From positions 29,058 through 93,057 of the IMG/VR virus record IMGVR_UViG_3300044527_000952: 64,000 nucleotides of DNA. One strand, given 5' to 3'. The position numbers and the translations under genes were made by a program. The DNA comes from a virus. This document shows positions 29,227 through 40,296 of the stretch, in pieces. The notes below the pieces were generated by a model. It was not told the origin of the DNA. It made no database searches and saw only the letters and a list, made by a program, of their open reading frames with translations. The first letter of the stretch is position 1; each line of letters opens with the position of its first letter.

Positions 29227-30570
29227 ATGCTTGAATCATGGATCTATAAGCTGAACGAGAGTAATAGTCGGTTACATAAAGAATCAGTTATACAAGAAGT
29301 TTTAAATTTAGCTACGCTAGGTGATGAAAATTGTAAACACTTTCTTAAATTTGTATACTTTGCTTATGATCCATTTACCACTTTTGGTGTAAAAGCTGTA
29401 GAACCAACTGTTGGTATTATCAATGCTGAAAACCCATGGCAAGACTTTAGCTCATTGTTAATAGAATTAGCTTTACGTACTTTAACAGGTAATGCTGCAC
29501 ATGATGCTATTGAAGCTATGAGCGTAAGATTTAATAGCCCAACATGGAATGATTTCTGTATCAATGTGATTGGCAAAGATTTACGTTGTGGTATATCTGA
29601 TAAAACTATCAACAAGATTTGTAAAAATACTGAATACGAAATACCGATTTTTTCTTGCCAACTTGCCACTGATAGCGAAGGTCGCCCTGAAATGGTGGGT
29701 GTTAAACGTCTTGAACCTAAACTAGATGGTGTACGAGTATTAATGGTTGTTATACCACCCTCTGACTATGATGATAAAATTGTCGTAACATGCTACAGTC
29801 GTAATGGTAAAGTATTCAATAATTTTACACACATTGAAGAAGAAGTAAAAAATAATTTTGTCCGTATGATTCGCCTAGCATCATCAAGTAATTTAAATAC
29901 AGGATTTGTGCTTGATGGTGAAGTAATGGGTGAATCATTTCAAGACTTAATGCGACAAGCACGTAGAAAAGACAATGCTGATGCTAGCGATAGTGTGTTC
30001 CATGTATTTGATATTCTTCCGCTAGCAGATTTTAGGCGTGGATATTGGAACGCACAATTAAGCAAACGAATTAAGATCTTAGAAGATATGCGTCCTGCCC
30101 TAGAAAATATGCCACATGTCAAATTGTTGCCACATATTGTCGTTGATTTAGACATTGCTGAGGGTAAGGATCAACTAGAGCGTTATGCCAACGATTGTGT
30201 TGCACAAGGGTTTGAGGGCATTATGATTAAAAGTGTAGATGCTCCATATGAGTGCAAACGTAATAAATTTTGGTTAAAATGGAAACCAACCATTTCAGTA
30301 GATTTAGAGATTGTTGGGGTAGAAGCAGGTACAGGACGTAATAAAAATCGATTAGGCGCATTAATTTGCGAAGGTGAAGATCATGGAAAGCACATTGTGG
30401 TTAACGTTGGTAGTGGGTTTAGTGATGTTGATCGTGATGATTATTGGGTAAACCGTAATGTGATTGTTGGTCGCACTGTAGAAATTCTTGCTGATGCAGT
30501 AACGCAAAATCAGGATGGTACACATTCATTGAGATTTCCAAGGTTTCTACGATTTAGGGATGATAAATGA
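29227..30570 (+). CDS. ATP-dependent DNA ligase
   Basis: EPKLDGVR (motif I), LDGE, FDI, EGIMIK, WLKWK, SLRFPRF. Confidence 0.93.
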   Translation: MLESWIYKLNESNSRLHKESVIQEVLNLATLGDENCKHFLKFVYFAYDPFTTFGVKAVEPTVGIINAENPWQDFSSLLIELALRTLTGNAAHDAIEAMSVRFNSPTWNDFCINVIGKDLRCGISDKTINKICKNTEYEIPIFSCQLATDSEGRPEMVGVKRLEPKLDGVRVLMVVIPPSDYDDKIVVTCYSRNGKVFNNFTHIEEEVKNNFVRMIRLASSSNLNTGFVLDGEVMGESFQDLMRQARRKDNADASDSVFHVFDILPLADFRRGYWNAQLSKRIKILEDMRPALENMPHVKLLPHIVVDLDIAEGKDQLERYANDCVAQGFEGIMIKSVDAPYECKRNKFWLKWKPTISVDLEIVGVEAGTGRNKNRLGALICEGEDHGKHIVVNVGSGFSDVDRDDYWVNRNVIVGRTVEILADAVTQNQDGTHSLRFPRFLRFRDDK

Positions 30571-30815
30571 TTGTCAATGTTTTTAATATTGATGAACCAT
30601 GGGTGTTTAATTGGTTTACGTCATTATGTAAAGCACATGAATATAAGTTCATTGTTAAATTAACATTAAAAGATTCATTAGCTATTAAAGTAAGTGATCG
30701 TTTAAATGAGTTATCCAAAATTACTAACTATAACTTTTATTTAAGTAATGAAAGTGATATTATGGTAGACATACCTGACGAGGAAATTACGTACATTAAA
30801 TTGAAATATTCATAA
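30567..30815 (+). CDS. small protein, possible dispersed F-x-L-K-Y family member
   Basis: ends TYIKLKYS. Confidence 0.5.
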   Translation: MIVNVFNIDEPWVFNWFTSLCKAHEYKFIVKLTLKDSLAIKVSDRLNELSKITNYNFYLSNESDIMVDIPDEEITYIKLKYS

Positions 30816-30824
30816 AGGAAAAAT

Positions 30825-32018
30825 ATGGTTACTTTAGTTAAACATGAATGGCATAGTGTTGATAGTCAATTTGCCGTTGAGCTTGATATAGACTTGTTAC
30901 AAGAAATTTATCCTGATAAGGATGAAGATGAACTACAATCAATTCTTGATGCGGTAGAAGATGGCTCATATGATATTGATGAGCTTATTGAACATGCTTG
31001 GGATAATGATGTTGAAATTATGTGGGAACGCCAATATGATGATTGGTATAGTGACCGCAAAGGTGGTTATGAAATTACATATGAATTAGGTGATGAAAAT
31101 AGTTGGCATAGTGAACCTGAACCTCCTTCACCTACACATAAATGCACCAAATGTCGTTGGAAAGGTAGCAAATACGAAACTAAAACTGAATTTTATAATG
31201 AAGATGGATCTATTCACACTGATGATGAACTAGAATTTCATCACACAGGTGATGTATGCCCAATGTGCGATAGTGCGTTAGAACTTACCCCTGAAGGTGT
31301 TGAGCAAGAAGCCAAAATGCAAAAACTGTACCAAGAACTTGATGATATTGAGTTGGATGATGATACTGAAGCTGAATCAGAATATCAACGTATACATCCC
31401 GCAGGTGAATATATTATCCGTATTTTTGGTCGTACCACTGAAGTTGGTGTTGGAAGAATTACTAAAGAACAATACGAACATTGGAGCATGGATGAACATG
31501 AATTAGACTTAGGTGCTGCTATTAATGAAGAATATGATTTCGATGAAAATGAAACTCCTGAAGCTGCACGTTTTACTAGTAGTGGATACTATGAATTCAA
31601 TGATGTAGCAGACTTTTATGGGATTGAAGAAGATTGTACGGTAGAAATTATTAATAGCGATGGTGAAACTATCTTTGAAGGTGAATTCTCTGAAATTTTT
31701 AATATCGGACATGGTGAAGAAGATTCAAGGGAAGAATGTTGTGAAGAAGTTGATGAATTGTATGCACATTCATACGGATCAGGTTACTTTCTTATGTACA
31801 AACAAGGTGGTAAAGGTGGGTCATATCAACATACATTAGTTGTTAATGAAGATTTAGACTTAGCTAAATTTAAAATTACCACGGTAGATGTTGATGGTAC
31901 TAGTCATATTAAAGGTATTTTTTATGACAATGAACAGCTTGATGATGAAGGTATTGATGAGGAGTACAATAATTGGAGAGGACAGTGGGCAGATTATTCT
32001 GTACATGAGGTAAAATAA
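30825..32018 (+). CDS. highly acidic multi-domain protein with Zn-ribbon
   Basis: CTKC...CPMC; D/E-rich. Confidence 0.6.
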   Translation: MVTLVKHEWHSVDSQFAVELDIDLLQEIYPDKDEDELQSILDAVEDGSYDIDELIEHAWDNDVEIMWERQYDDWYSDRKGGYEITYELGDENSWHSEPEPPSPTHKCTKCRWKGSKYETKTEFYNEDGSIHTDDELEFHHTGDVCPMCDSALELTPEGVEQEAKMQKLYQELDDIELDDDTEAESEYQRIHPAGEYIIRIFGRTTEVGVGRITKEQYEHWSMDEHELDLGAAINEEYDFDENETPEAARFTSSGYYEFNDVADFYGIEEDCTVEIINSDGETIFEGEFSEIFNIGHGEEDSREECCEEVDELYAHSYGSGYFLMYKQGGKGGSYQHTLVVNEDLDLAKFKITTVDVDGTSHIKGIFYDNEQLDDEGIDEEYNNWRGQWADYSVHEVK

Positions 32019-32977
32019 TGTTTAAAAAATTTGTAATTGGTTTGTCTTTGGTTTTAAGTAGTATAACGTTTGCACAGGATAAATGGGTTCCATCATATAC
32101 AGTAACGATGTTAAACCCATTTCCTGCAGGTGGGGTAACTGACCAACAACTACGATATATTGCAACAAAATTATCTGAACGTTGGAAACAACCTGTCATT
32201 GTGCAAAATAGGTTAGGTGCTGCGGGAACATTAGCTGCAGCATCACTGACCACTGCTAAGCCTGATGGACATACACTAGCTATTTTGACGGTGAATAGTT
32301 GGCGATATCCACACTATAATGAACTGTCATGGCACCCAATACGTGATTTTAAGTATGTGGTTGGTATGAATGCTTATACGTTGGGTATTATTGTTCGTGC
32401 TGATAGTCCATGGAAATCATTAGATGATTTGATTGCTGCGGGTAAAGCTGAACCTAATAAGTATAACTATGCTACCGTAGGAGTTGGGGGTGGTGGTCAA
32501 CTTATGATGATAGAAATTGATAATACCACTAATGCTAAATTTACTAACGTGCCTTATAAAGGTGGCACTGAATTTAACCAAGCATTACTAGCAGGTGAGG
32601 TACAATTTGTGGCTGATGCATCTAATTGGGCACCATTTGTTGATAGTGGACAATTTAGGGCATTAGCGATGGCAACAGAAAAACGTGTTGCAAAGTATCC
32701 TAATGTGCCTACGTTAACTGAAAAAGGTATTAAAGTAATTGGTCAAAGTCCATATGGATTAGTTGCGCCAAAAGGTACACCTGATCATGTTGCACAAGCT
32801 ATACATGATGCGGTTACTGATATTTTAAAAGAACCTGAAATGCAGGAATTGATGAAAAAGTTTGTATTAGTTCCATGGACTAAAACACCACAAGAATTTG
32901 AAGCATATGCTGCACAATATTTTCGTGATGTTAGACCATTATTAATCAAGGCAGGGTTAGTTAAAGATGCAAAATAA
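32018..32977 (+). CDS. tripartite tricarboxylate transporter substrate-binding protein (Bug/TctC)
   Basis: signal peptide, PFPAGGVTD, NRLGAAG, PDGHTL, VPYKGG, PKGTP. Confidence 0.9.
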   Translation: MFKKFVIGLSLVLSSITFAQDKWVPSYTVTMLNPFPAGGVTDQQLRYIATKLSERWKQPVIVQNRLGAAGTLAAASLTTAKPDGHTLAILTVNSWRYPHYNELSWHPIRDFKYVVGMNAYTLGIIVRADSPWKSLDDLIAAGKAEPNKYNYATVGVGGGGQLMMIEIDNTTNAKFTNVPYKGGTEFNQALLAGEVQFVADASNWAPFVDSGQFRALAMATEKRVAKYPNVPTLTEKGIKVIGQSPYGLVAPKGTPDHVAQAIHDAVTDILKEPEMQELMKKFVLVPWTKTPQEFEAYAAQYFRDVRPLLIKAGLVKDAK

Positions 32978-33656
32978 CTACCATACGGTAGTAGATGTTG
33001 TGATTGCTAGTAGGAAAAGTGTACGTGGGTTTACGGAGCAATCTGTTGACCCACAATTAATTAAACATATACTTACTGTAGCATCACGTAGCCCAAGTGG
33101 AACCAATATACAACCATGGAAAGTACATGTGTTAACAGGTAATTTTCTAGTAGAATTTGGGCAAGGTGCGATGGAAACTTATGCTAATCCTGAGTTGATG
33201 GCTAAGCAACCTAAAAAACCATTTGACTACTATCCTACTGAGTGGTTTAGTCCATATATTGAACGTAGGCGTAAAGTAGGATATGATCTTTATGCAGTGT
33301 TAGGTATAGAGAAAAAAGACAAAGATGCTATGCAAACCCAACATACCAAAAATTATAATTTTTTTGGTGCGCCTGTAGGATTAATTTTCACAATGAATCC
33401 AAAATTATCTATAGGATCGTTGTTAGACTTTGGTATGTTTATACAAAGTATAATGATATCAGCACAATCTCATGGTTTGGCAACATGTCCACAAGCAGCA
33501 TGGATTTTAATTCAAGGTTACATACGTGAAAAATTAAATTTAAACGATGATCTTGTAATTTGTGGTATGGCTATGGGATATGAAAACCAACAAGAACTTG
33601 CCAACAAATTAACAACAGAGCGAGAAATAGTTGACAATTTTGCTCAATTTTATTGA
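32967..33656 (+). CDS. nitroreductase family protein
   Basis: RKSVRGF, SPSGTNIQPW, FFGAP, GLATCPQ. Confidence 0.9.
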   Translation: MQNNYHTVVDVVIASRKSVRGFTEQSVDPQLIKHILTVASRSPSGTNIQPWKVHVLTGNFLVEFGQGAMETYANPELMAKQPKKPFDYYPTEWFSPYIERRRKVGYDLYAVLGIEKKDKDAMQTQHTKNYNFFGAPVGLIFTMNPKLSIGSLLDFGMFIQSIMISAQSHGLATCPQAAWILIQGYIREKLNLNDDLVICGMAMGYENQQELANKLTTEREIVDNFAQFY

Positions 33657-33705
33657 CTCAACTCGGTAATTTTGATACAATAGTATTATTCTTAAGGAGA
33701 ATTTA

Positions 33706-33957
33706 ATGGGATCATTCAATCGTAAGATAGTTGAATCACTTGATGTTTTGAATAAATTATTGGCACTTATATTTGTTGTTATGGCAGGTATAACATTTTT
33801 CGGTGAAATGTTTGATAACTTTTTACCTGCAGTTATGTCTGCACTAGGTATTCTTATTGTTGGTATTGTCACATGTGGCTATACTGCAATTCTTATCAAT
33901 GTTAATCAAAACATTGAAGCTATGCGTGATAAAATCAACCCCGCACCAAAGGAATAA
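33706..33957 (+). CDS. small two-TM membrane protein
   Basis: hydrophobic helices; promoter 33653-33681; AAGGAG. Confidence 0.6.
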   Translation: MGSFNRKIVESLDVLNKLLALIFVVMAGITFFGEMFDNFLPAVMSALGILIVGIVTCGYTAILINVNQNIEAMRDKINPAPKE

Positions 33958-33959
33958 AA

Positions 33960-34202
33960 ATGCGTAATATATTAGGTTATATCGTATGGTCAGCTAGTCA
34001 ATGGGAAAAAGAAACTTGGTTGGTTATTTTTTGTTTTGTAGTAGGTGTTTCTAGTTTAATTGTTCAGCAACCATTAATATTTTTTGCATGTATGGCTTTA
34101 GTTCCAATAATTGGTTTAGGTTATATGATTAAAGAAAAAGTAACCAAGAGTTATATCAAATACAAACGTATTAAAGAAGCTAGTGAAGATTGTCCGTTAT
34201 GA
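33960..34202 (+). CDS. small membrane protein
   Basis: two hydrophobic segments. Confidence 0.5.
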   Translation: MRNILGYIVWSASQWEKETWLVIFCFVVGVSSLIVQQPLIFFACMALVPIIGLGYMIKEKVTKSYIKYKRIKEASEDCPL

Positions 34203-34645
34203 GCGAAACTTATTATAAAAAAGTTGGGAGTAAGTATATACCTATTTCTGAACATGATCCTAGTTTAGATCATGCCTTTAGTGAAGGATGCCATTTGGTC
34301 ATCAGTCGCCCAGGCCACCATATCCGAAAGTACAACATAGACCCTGAATTTGCTCCATTAATTGCAGCAGCAACATTTGCACGTGAGGAGATTAGTAAAT
34401 CATTGCGTAAAAGTTTGGAAATGCGTCCTAGTAAAGTTCCAATTACTGAAGAACAAAATATTGCTTGGATAAGATTGTCTGAAGCTTTTGGAGAAGAATG
34501 TCATCCACTTCAATATCCTAGTATATACGAAGCAGTCGAGAGTGGATTAGCTGCACTTGTGTATGAAGCTGCACAAAAATTACAAAACCCCGCAGTAAAA
34601 GCAGCATACGATAATTTTATGATGGTTTATCAACTCACTAAATGA
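34199..34645 (+). CDS. conserved phage protein
   Basis: YYKKVG.KY.P...NPAVKAAYD.F. Confidence 0.6.
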   Translation: MSETYYKKVGSKYIPISEHDPSLDHAFSEGCHLVISRPGHHIRKYNIDPEFAPLIAAATFAREEISKSLRKSLEMRPSKVPITEEQNIAWIRLSEAFGEECHPLQYPSIYEAVESGLAALVYEAAQKLQNPAVKAAYDNFMMVYQLTK

Positions 34646-34851
34646 TGTCATTTTTATATAGAACTATAACTGTATGTGCGGTTGTTTTGTTTGCACGTAA
34701 TGTTATATTGTTTTTAGATAAAACTTATGCGGATAAAGACATACTTCCACCGCATGATTTGCGATATTATCATACGGATCACTCGGCACTTTGCGCCGAT
34801 GGTATAAGAAAGTATGGTTATTGCAGTCAAAAAATCGATAAATAATATTCT

Positions 34852-36441
34852 ATGCTCAAAGATTTTTTTACTTATAGTAGGTTTACGCTATTTGTTGCAT
34901 TAGCCATTAGTGTTATTGCAGCGTATTATAGTATTATTGGATTGACTGCAATTTTTGCGGGTGCGTTTGTATCTATTGTTATTATGGGTACTGTGCTTGA
35001 AGTTGCCAAAGTAACTACTACAGTGTGGTTACATATGTATTGGAAGCGTTCAGGATGGGTCATTAAAACGTACCTTACTACCGCAGTCATAGCATTAGCG
35101 TTTCTTACAAGTATGGGTATCTTTGGGTATTTATCTAAAGCACATATTGACCAAGGCATACCAACAGGTGATGTTGCAGCACAGGTTGCGTTACTTGATG
35201 AAAAAATTAAAACAGAGCGTGATAATATTGAAACTGCAAGAAAAGCCTTGCAACAAATGGATAGTCAGGTTGATCAATTATTATCACGTGGTACTACTGA
35301 ACAAAATGCTGAGCGAGCAGTAGCTATACGTAGACAACAAGCTAAAGAACGTACCTCATTACAAAATGAAATTGCAAAATCACAGAATGTTATAAAAGAC
35401 TTAAATGAACAACGTGCGCCAATTGCTAGTCAGTTACGCCAAGTTGAAGCTGAAGTTGGACCTATTAAATATATTGCTGCATTAATATATGGAGATAATC
35501 CTGATGCAAACTTACTTGAACGTGCAGTACGTTGGGTAACTATATTAATTGTAGCGGTTTTTGACCCACTTGCTATTATATTAATTCTTGCTGCTAATAA
35601 TTCATTAAAATGGGAACGTGAAGATCGTATCAAAAAACGTAAGGAAGATGAACTACAATATGAAGCAGATGATGGCGCATTAACCCAAGACCAAATTGAT
35701 CAAGTTAAAGATTCATTAAAACAAAATGAATCAACTACTGATGAAATTGTAGAAGAAATTAAAGAAGAAGCTGTTGAAGAAAAACGTGCTGAACAGGTTT
35801 ATTTAACAAAGCCATGGGTCGATAAGGTCCCAGGCATACGTTTTCCTCACCAAGTTTATCAACCCCCACAATTTCCAATACCAACCAAAGATGAAGAATT
35901 TGTTGAGCCTATCAATACTACGGATGAAATAGTAGAACCTACGATTGATAGCGAAGAATTAACTGCTGATTCAGATGATTTTAAATTTAAACCTGTGCCT
36001 TTAACAGTAACACAAGCAGAGGAAGTTATTACAGATAATGTAACTAAACTTAAACCATTATTTAAATCAACCGATGAGTATGTTAATTATGATGGTAAAA
36101 GTATGAGTATGAATGCTTTAAAGGGTATACGCCCTGATTTGATACATCCTGCTAATAAGCCATGGCCCAACCAAATTAATTTTGGTGGTAAGTTTCCTGA
36201 TGAAGCATTAAGTGGTGATACCTTTATTCGTATTGACCGTGTACCACATATTGTTTACAAATTTAATGGTACTAAGTGGATTGTTGTAGATAAGCAACAA
36301 AACAGTACGTATTTGACTAACATCAATTACATTGATTATTTGATTGAATGTCTAAAAAATGGTAGTATTGACATAGAAATACTAACCGAAGTTGAGCGTG
36401 AAGAAATAGAAACACGTTTAGCAGTTGACAAGAAATCCTAA
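34852..36441 (+). CDS. membrane protein with coiled coil (DUF4407-like)
   Basis: TM helices, TSMGIFGYLSKAH, EVGPIKYIA, VFDPLA. Confidence 0.65.
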   Translation: MLKDFFTYSRFTLFVALAISVIAAYYSIIGLTAIFAGAFVSIVIMGTVLEVAKVTTTVWLHMYWKRSGWVIKTYLTTAVIALAFLTSMGIFGYLSKAHIDQGIPTGDVAAQVALLDEKIKTERDNIETARKALQQMDSQVDQLLSRGTTEQNAERAVAIRRQQAKERTSLQNEIAKSQNVIKDLNEQRAPIASQLRQVEAEVGPIKYIAALIYGDNPDANLLERAVRWVTILIVAVFDPLAIILILAANNSLKWEREDRIKKRKEDELQYEADDGALTQDQIDQVKDSLKQNESTTDEIVEEIKEEAVEEKRAEQVYLTKPWVDKVPGIRFPHQVYQPPQFPIPTKDEEFVEPINTTDEIVEPTIDSEELTADSDDFKFKPVPLTVTQAEEVITDNVTKLKPLFKSTDEYVNYDGKSMSMNALKGIRPDLIHPANKPWPNQINFGGKFPDEALSGDTFIRIDRVPHIVYKFNGTKWIVVDKQQNSTYLTNINYIDYLIECLKNGSIDIEILTEVEREEIETRLAVDKKS

Positions 36442-36453
36442 TTCATCTATAAT
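36425..36453 (+). promoter_or_regulatory. sigma70 promoter
   Basis: TTGACA-agaaatcctaattcatc-TATAAT. Confidence 0.8.
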
Positions 36454-36486
36454 TCAACCATATTAATTACTTTGTGAGGTAAAGAA

Positions 36487-37170
36487 ATGAAAAAAGGTTT
36501 ATTGACCGTGGCTGTACTCAGCGTACTCATGGGTGGATGTTCTACTGCAACCAAAATGCTTAGCGACCCAGGTATCGCTAGCGGTCCTCAAACTGCAATC
36601 AGTGAACAACGTGTTACCCAAGACTTTAAACGTCGAGGGGTAAAAGTTGAGTACAGTACGTTTTTCCGTGAGATTAAAGCCATTGAAGTAACAGGATATG
36701 CTCCTGTATGGGGTAATAGTCCTAGTGCTACTGAAAGTGCGTACAAAGTTGCTGAACTTGATGCCAAGAAGAAACTTGTTGACTTTATTTGGAAAGAAAC
36801 AGTGTCAAGTGATACTAGCGTTAAAATGATTAGTAAATCACTTGAGCGAGCACGTGATCAAAAAACTAATCGTATCGCTAGTAACTACGATAATCAAGAT
36901 ATTTCAGTCAGTGATATTGATGTTGAAGGTAAACCTACCCAAGCACAAGGTACACCACAAAATGTCAATGTAGCTACTCGCAATGATGCAGTAGAGATTG
37001 CCACTACTATGAATAGTTTTATTCGTTCTAATAATAAAGGTATCCTTAGTGGGTTACGATTGGTCGATAACTCAGTGCTTGATAACGGTAAAGTTGTTAC
37101 TGTTGTATATCGTTGGGATGCAAAACATACAAGTGATATTCAAGACGTTCGTCGTATGATGAGTCGTTAA
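36487..37170 (+). CDS. lipoprotein (LPP20-like)
   Basis: signal peptide with MGGC lipobox; AELDAKKKL. Confidence 0.6.
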   Translation: MKKGLLTVAVLSVLMGGCSTATKMLSDPGIASGPQTAISEQRVTQDFKRRGVKVEYSTFFREIKAIEVTGYAPVWGNSPSATESAYKVAELDAKKKLVDFIWKETVSSDTSVKMISKSLERARDQKTNRIASNYDNQDISVSDIDVEGKPTQAQGTPQNVNVATRNDAVEIATTMNSFIRSNNKGILSGLRLVDNSVLDNGKVVTVVYRWDAKHTSDIQDVRRMMSR

Positions 37171-37171
37171 T

Positions 37172-38281
37172 ATGAAAAAACTACTCGCAAGTTTGCTCAT
37201 TGCGGTGCCTACAATCGTTCACGCAGATGCATGGACTATTGTAAGTGTGACTAAATTTATCATTGAAAATTTTCCAAATAGTCCACCTACACAAAAAGTA
37301 CGTGTAAAAGTAGAGGCAGATTCACCTGAAAATGCACGTCAAGGTGCGTTTAGAGAGGCATGTAATCAAACATGGGGTAGCAGTGTAATTACGGATCGCA
37401 GTGCAGTAAATGGTCGTTTAGCCACTGACCGTATTGCTTCAAGTAGTAGCTGCTTTGTAAAAAACTACACGGTATTATCAACGGATGAGTTTTATAATCG
37501 TGTTGCTGAGAAACGATATGCAGTAGAAATGGATGTTACTACCTCGCCTAATAGTGTGGATGGTCGATTGTTAGGTGAAAGTACTAACATGGGTGCTATA
37601 CAAGGTGACCAACATCAAGCATCTATTCAATCATTAATTAAAAGTAGGCAGTCGCAGGATAAATTAATTCAAGCATATTTTAATTACTATCCTGAAGGTG
37701 CATATGATATTAATGTTCATAATATTGAGAGTGGTGTAAACAATCGCCAATCGTTTTTAAAAATTAATTATGAATACAAATTTAGTTATCAATTTATGCA
37801 TGGGTTATGGTCTATGCTAGATTCGATGAAAGTTAAAACACAACTTCTTAACGTATTTGATCCACGTTGTAGTGATGGTAATAGGATTGATCAAAGCTGT
37901 GCTACGCATATGGCACGTAATAGTCAAAGTATTCGTACGGTAAAATTGACTATGCGTAAAAGTGGCAACATTATTGGTGAATCTGATATGATAACGCTAA
38001 ACGAAGGAAATTATCAAGAATTGGCAAATAGTTTTCAAAAATCACAGGCATCTATCCAATTTAGCTTCCTTGATGGGTCAAATAATGTTCTAATGCGTGT
38101 TTGTGACAGAAACATTGAGGTAAATAATGTTATGTTGCAAAGTAATTCAACAGGATTGATTCGTGGTGATCGTTGGGAAACCAAATCATATGTAATCAAT
38201 TTGTCTAACATGGACTTGCATAATTTAAAAAATTATCATAGGCTAGAGACAAAAGCAGTACGTAATTGTATAGGGAAATAA
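37172..38281 (+). CDS. secreted/periplasmic protein
   Basis: signal peptide ending VHA; adjacent to the lipoprotein. Confidence 0.55.
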   Translation: MKKLLASLLIAVPTIVHADAWTIVSVTKFIIENFPNSPPTQKVRVKVEADSPENARQGAFREACNQTWGSSVITDRSAVNGRLATDRIASSSSCFVKNYTVLSTDEFYNRVAEKRYAVEMDVTTSPNSVDGRLLGESTNMGAIQGDQHQASIQSLIKSRQSQDKLIQAYFNYYPEGAYDINVHNIESGVNNRQSFLKINYEYKFSYQFMHGLWSMLDSMKVKTQLLNVFDPRCSDGNRIDQSCATHMARNSQSIRTVKLTMRKSGNIIGESDMITLNEGNYQELANSFQKSQASIQFSFLDGSNNVLMRVCDRNIEVNNVMLQSNSTGLIRGDRWETKSYVINLSNMDLHNLKNYHRLETKAVRNCIGK

Positions 38282-38288
38282 GTAGATC

Positions 38289-39545
38289 ATGGGTGAAGTA
38301 TATCATTTTCAAGAATGTAGTTTTTGTGGTAAACACAAGAACGTTGTCAAAAAACTGATAGTAGGTGAAGGTACTGCAATATGTAGTGATTGTGTTGAAT
38401 TATGTAATGATTTACTTAAGGATGAAGAACCACTTGAGGAAGATGCACCACGTAAGATAAGTTTTTATGCTGATGATATTAAATCATTTTTAGACAATTA
38501 TATTATTGGACAAGATGCTGCAAAAACTTTAATCAGTGTGGCAGTATCTAATCATTACAAGCGTGTCACAGCAGATACCAAAGAGTTAGAAATTCAAAAA
38601 GCCAATGTACTCATCCTTGGACCAAGTGGAGGTGGTAAGACACTAATGGCTAAAACAGTAGCCAAATATCTAGATGTACCATTTGTTATTGCAGATGCTA
38701 CATCCTTAACTGAAGCAGGTTATGTTGGTGATGATGTTGAAAGTATGATACAACGGTTAGTAGCTGCTGCTGATGGTGATATTGAGCGAGCAGAGCGTGG
38801 TATTATTTTTGTGGATGAAGTAGACAAAATCGCACGTAAAAGTGAAAGTGCAAGTATTACACGTGATGTTAGTGGTGAAGGTGTGCAACAAGCATTGCTT
38901 AAAATTGTAGAAGGTACCATTTGTCGTGTACCACAACAAGGCAAACGCAAACACCCAACCAACGATATGCTAGAAGTCGATACTAAAAACATTCTATTCA
39001 TTTCAGGTGGTGCTTTTGTAGGATTATCAGATATTATTTCACGTCGATTACACGGAAATAGTATTGGGTTTTCTGCACAGGTTGGTGGCACCGTATCCAT
39101 GGATGATATTTTGGCACAAGTTACACCTGATGATTTAACTAAGTATGGTATGATTCCTGAATTTACAGGACGTTTTACATGTCGTGTATCTATCAATGAG
39201 TTAACAAAAGACCAATTGGTTCAAATTTTGACTAAAGTTAAAAATAACTTTATTGAACAATATCAGTATTTACTAAGTTTAGATGAAATAGAGTTAACTT
39301 TTACTGATGCTGCTATTGAACAAATTGCAGAAAACTGTTTAAATTTAAAAACAGGTGCACGTGGGTTACAAAGTGAAGTTGAACGTGTGTTGTTACAAGT
39401 TATGTTTAATAGTAAACACCTTAAAGGTAAGAAAATAGAAATTGATAAAATGCACGTAGATCACCCTAATTTGCTAAATAAACATTGGGAATCCGCAGTA
39501 AAAGATTCTTACTTAGGATCCATTTTAAAAAAAGGGAAAAAATGA
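38289..39545 (+). CDS. clpX: ATP-dependent Clp protease ATPase subunit
   Basis: CSFCGK zinc finger, GPSGGGKT, TEAGYVG, RDVSGEGVQQALLK, IGF loop, TGARGL. Confidence 0.95.
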   Translation: MGEVYHFQECSFCGKHKNVVKKLIVGEGTAICSDCVELCNDLLKDEEPLEEDAPRKISFYADDIKSFLDNYIIGQDAAKTLISVAVSNHYKRVTADTKELEIQKANVLILGPSGGGKTLMAKTVAKYLDVPFVIADATSLTEAGYVGDDVESMIQRLVAAADGDIERAERGIIFVDEVDKIARKSESASITRDVSGEGVQQALLKIVEGTICRVPQQGKRKHPTNDMLEVDTKNILFISGGAFVGLSDIISRRLHGNSIGFSAQVGGTVSMDDILAQVTPDDLTKYGMIPEFTGRFTCRVSINELTKDQLVQILTKVKNNFIEQYQYLLSLDEIELTFTDAAIEQIAENCLNLKTGARGLQSEVERVLLQVMFNSKHLKGKKIEIDKMHVDHPNLLNKHWESAVKDSYLGSILKKGKK

Positions 39546-39751
39546 AAGTAGTTATACGTGAGGGGCAATCATTTGAAAGTGGTATTAGAAAGTTCAAGAA
39601 AAAAGTTCTTGAAAGTGGGATGATGCAAGAATTGCGTGATCGTCAAGAATACACAAAGCCAAGTATTGCTAGAAAGATTGCTAGAGGTAAAGCAGTTAGT
39701 CGTTGGAAAAAATATTTACGCACTCAGGAATTACCCACTAAATTGTACTAA
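39542..39751 (+). CDS. rpsU: 30S ribosomal protein bS21
   Basis: FESGIRKFKKKV...ELRDRQEYTKPS...LPTKLY. Confidence 0.85.
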   Translation: MKVVIREGQSFESGIRKFKKKVLESGMMQELRDRQEYTKPSIARKIARGKAVSRWKKYLRTQELPTKLY

Positions 39752-39912
39752 AATTTTTTTGGAGGTCATTATGAATAAAACATTGTTACAATGGCAAGAA
39801 GTTGAGGTTACGCCCGAAGAAGAAGAAGTGTGGCAAAACTTTTTAACTAAGTATAATGATAATCCTCCTAAAAAAGAAAATATAGAAACTACAATACCAA
39901 TGGAGAAAAAAG

Positions 39913-40296
39913 ATGGCGTACAGTGAACAGGTTATTGATCATTATGAAAATCCAAGAAATGTGGGCAGTTTTGATAAGTCTGATAACACCGTTGGGACTG
40001 GTATGGTTGGGGCACCTGCTTGCGGTGATGTAATGAAACTTCAAATTAAGGTAAAAGATGGAATCATTCAAGATGCAAAATTTAAGACGTATGGATGTGG
40101 CTCAGCGATTGCAAGTAGTTCGTTGGTTACGGAGTGGGTTAAAGGCAAAACTTTGGACGAAGCAACGTCTATCCAAAATACTCAAATCGCACAGGAACTT
40201 GCACTCCCACCCGTTAAGATCCACTGTTCAATACTTGCTGAGGACGCAATTAAAGCAGCAATAAAAGATTATAAAGATAAACACAATATACAATGA
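39913..40296 (+). CDS. iscU: Fe-S cluster scaffold
   Basis: HYENPRNVG, APACGDVM, GCGSAIASS, LPPVKIHCS. Confidence 0.97.
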   Translation: MAYSEQVIDHYENPRNVGSFDKSDNTVGTGMVGAPACGDVMKLQIKVKDGIIQDAKFKTYGCGSAIASSSLVTEWVKGKTLDEATSIQNTQIAQELALPPVKIHCSILAEDAIKAAIKDYKDKHNIQ

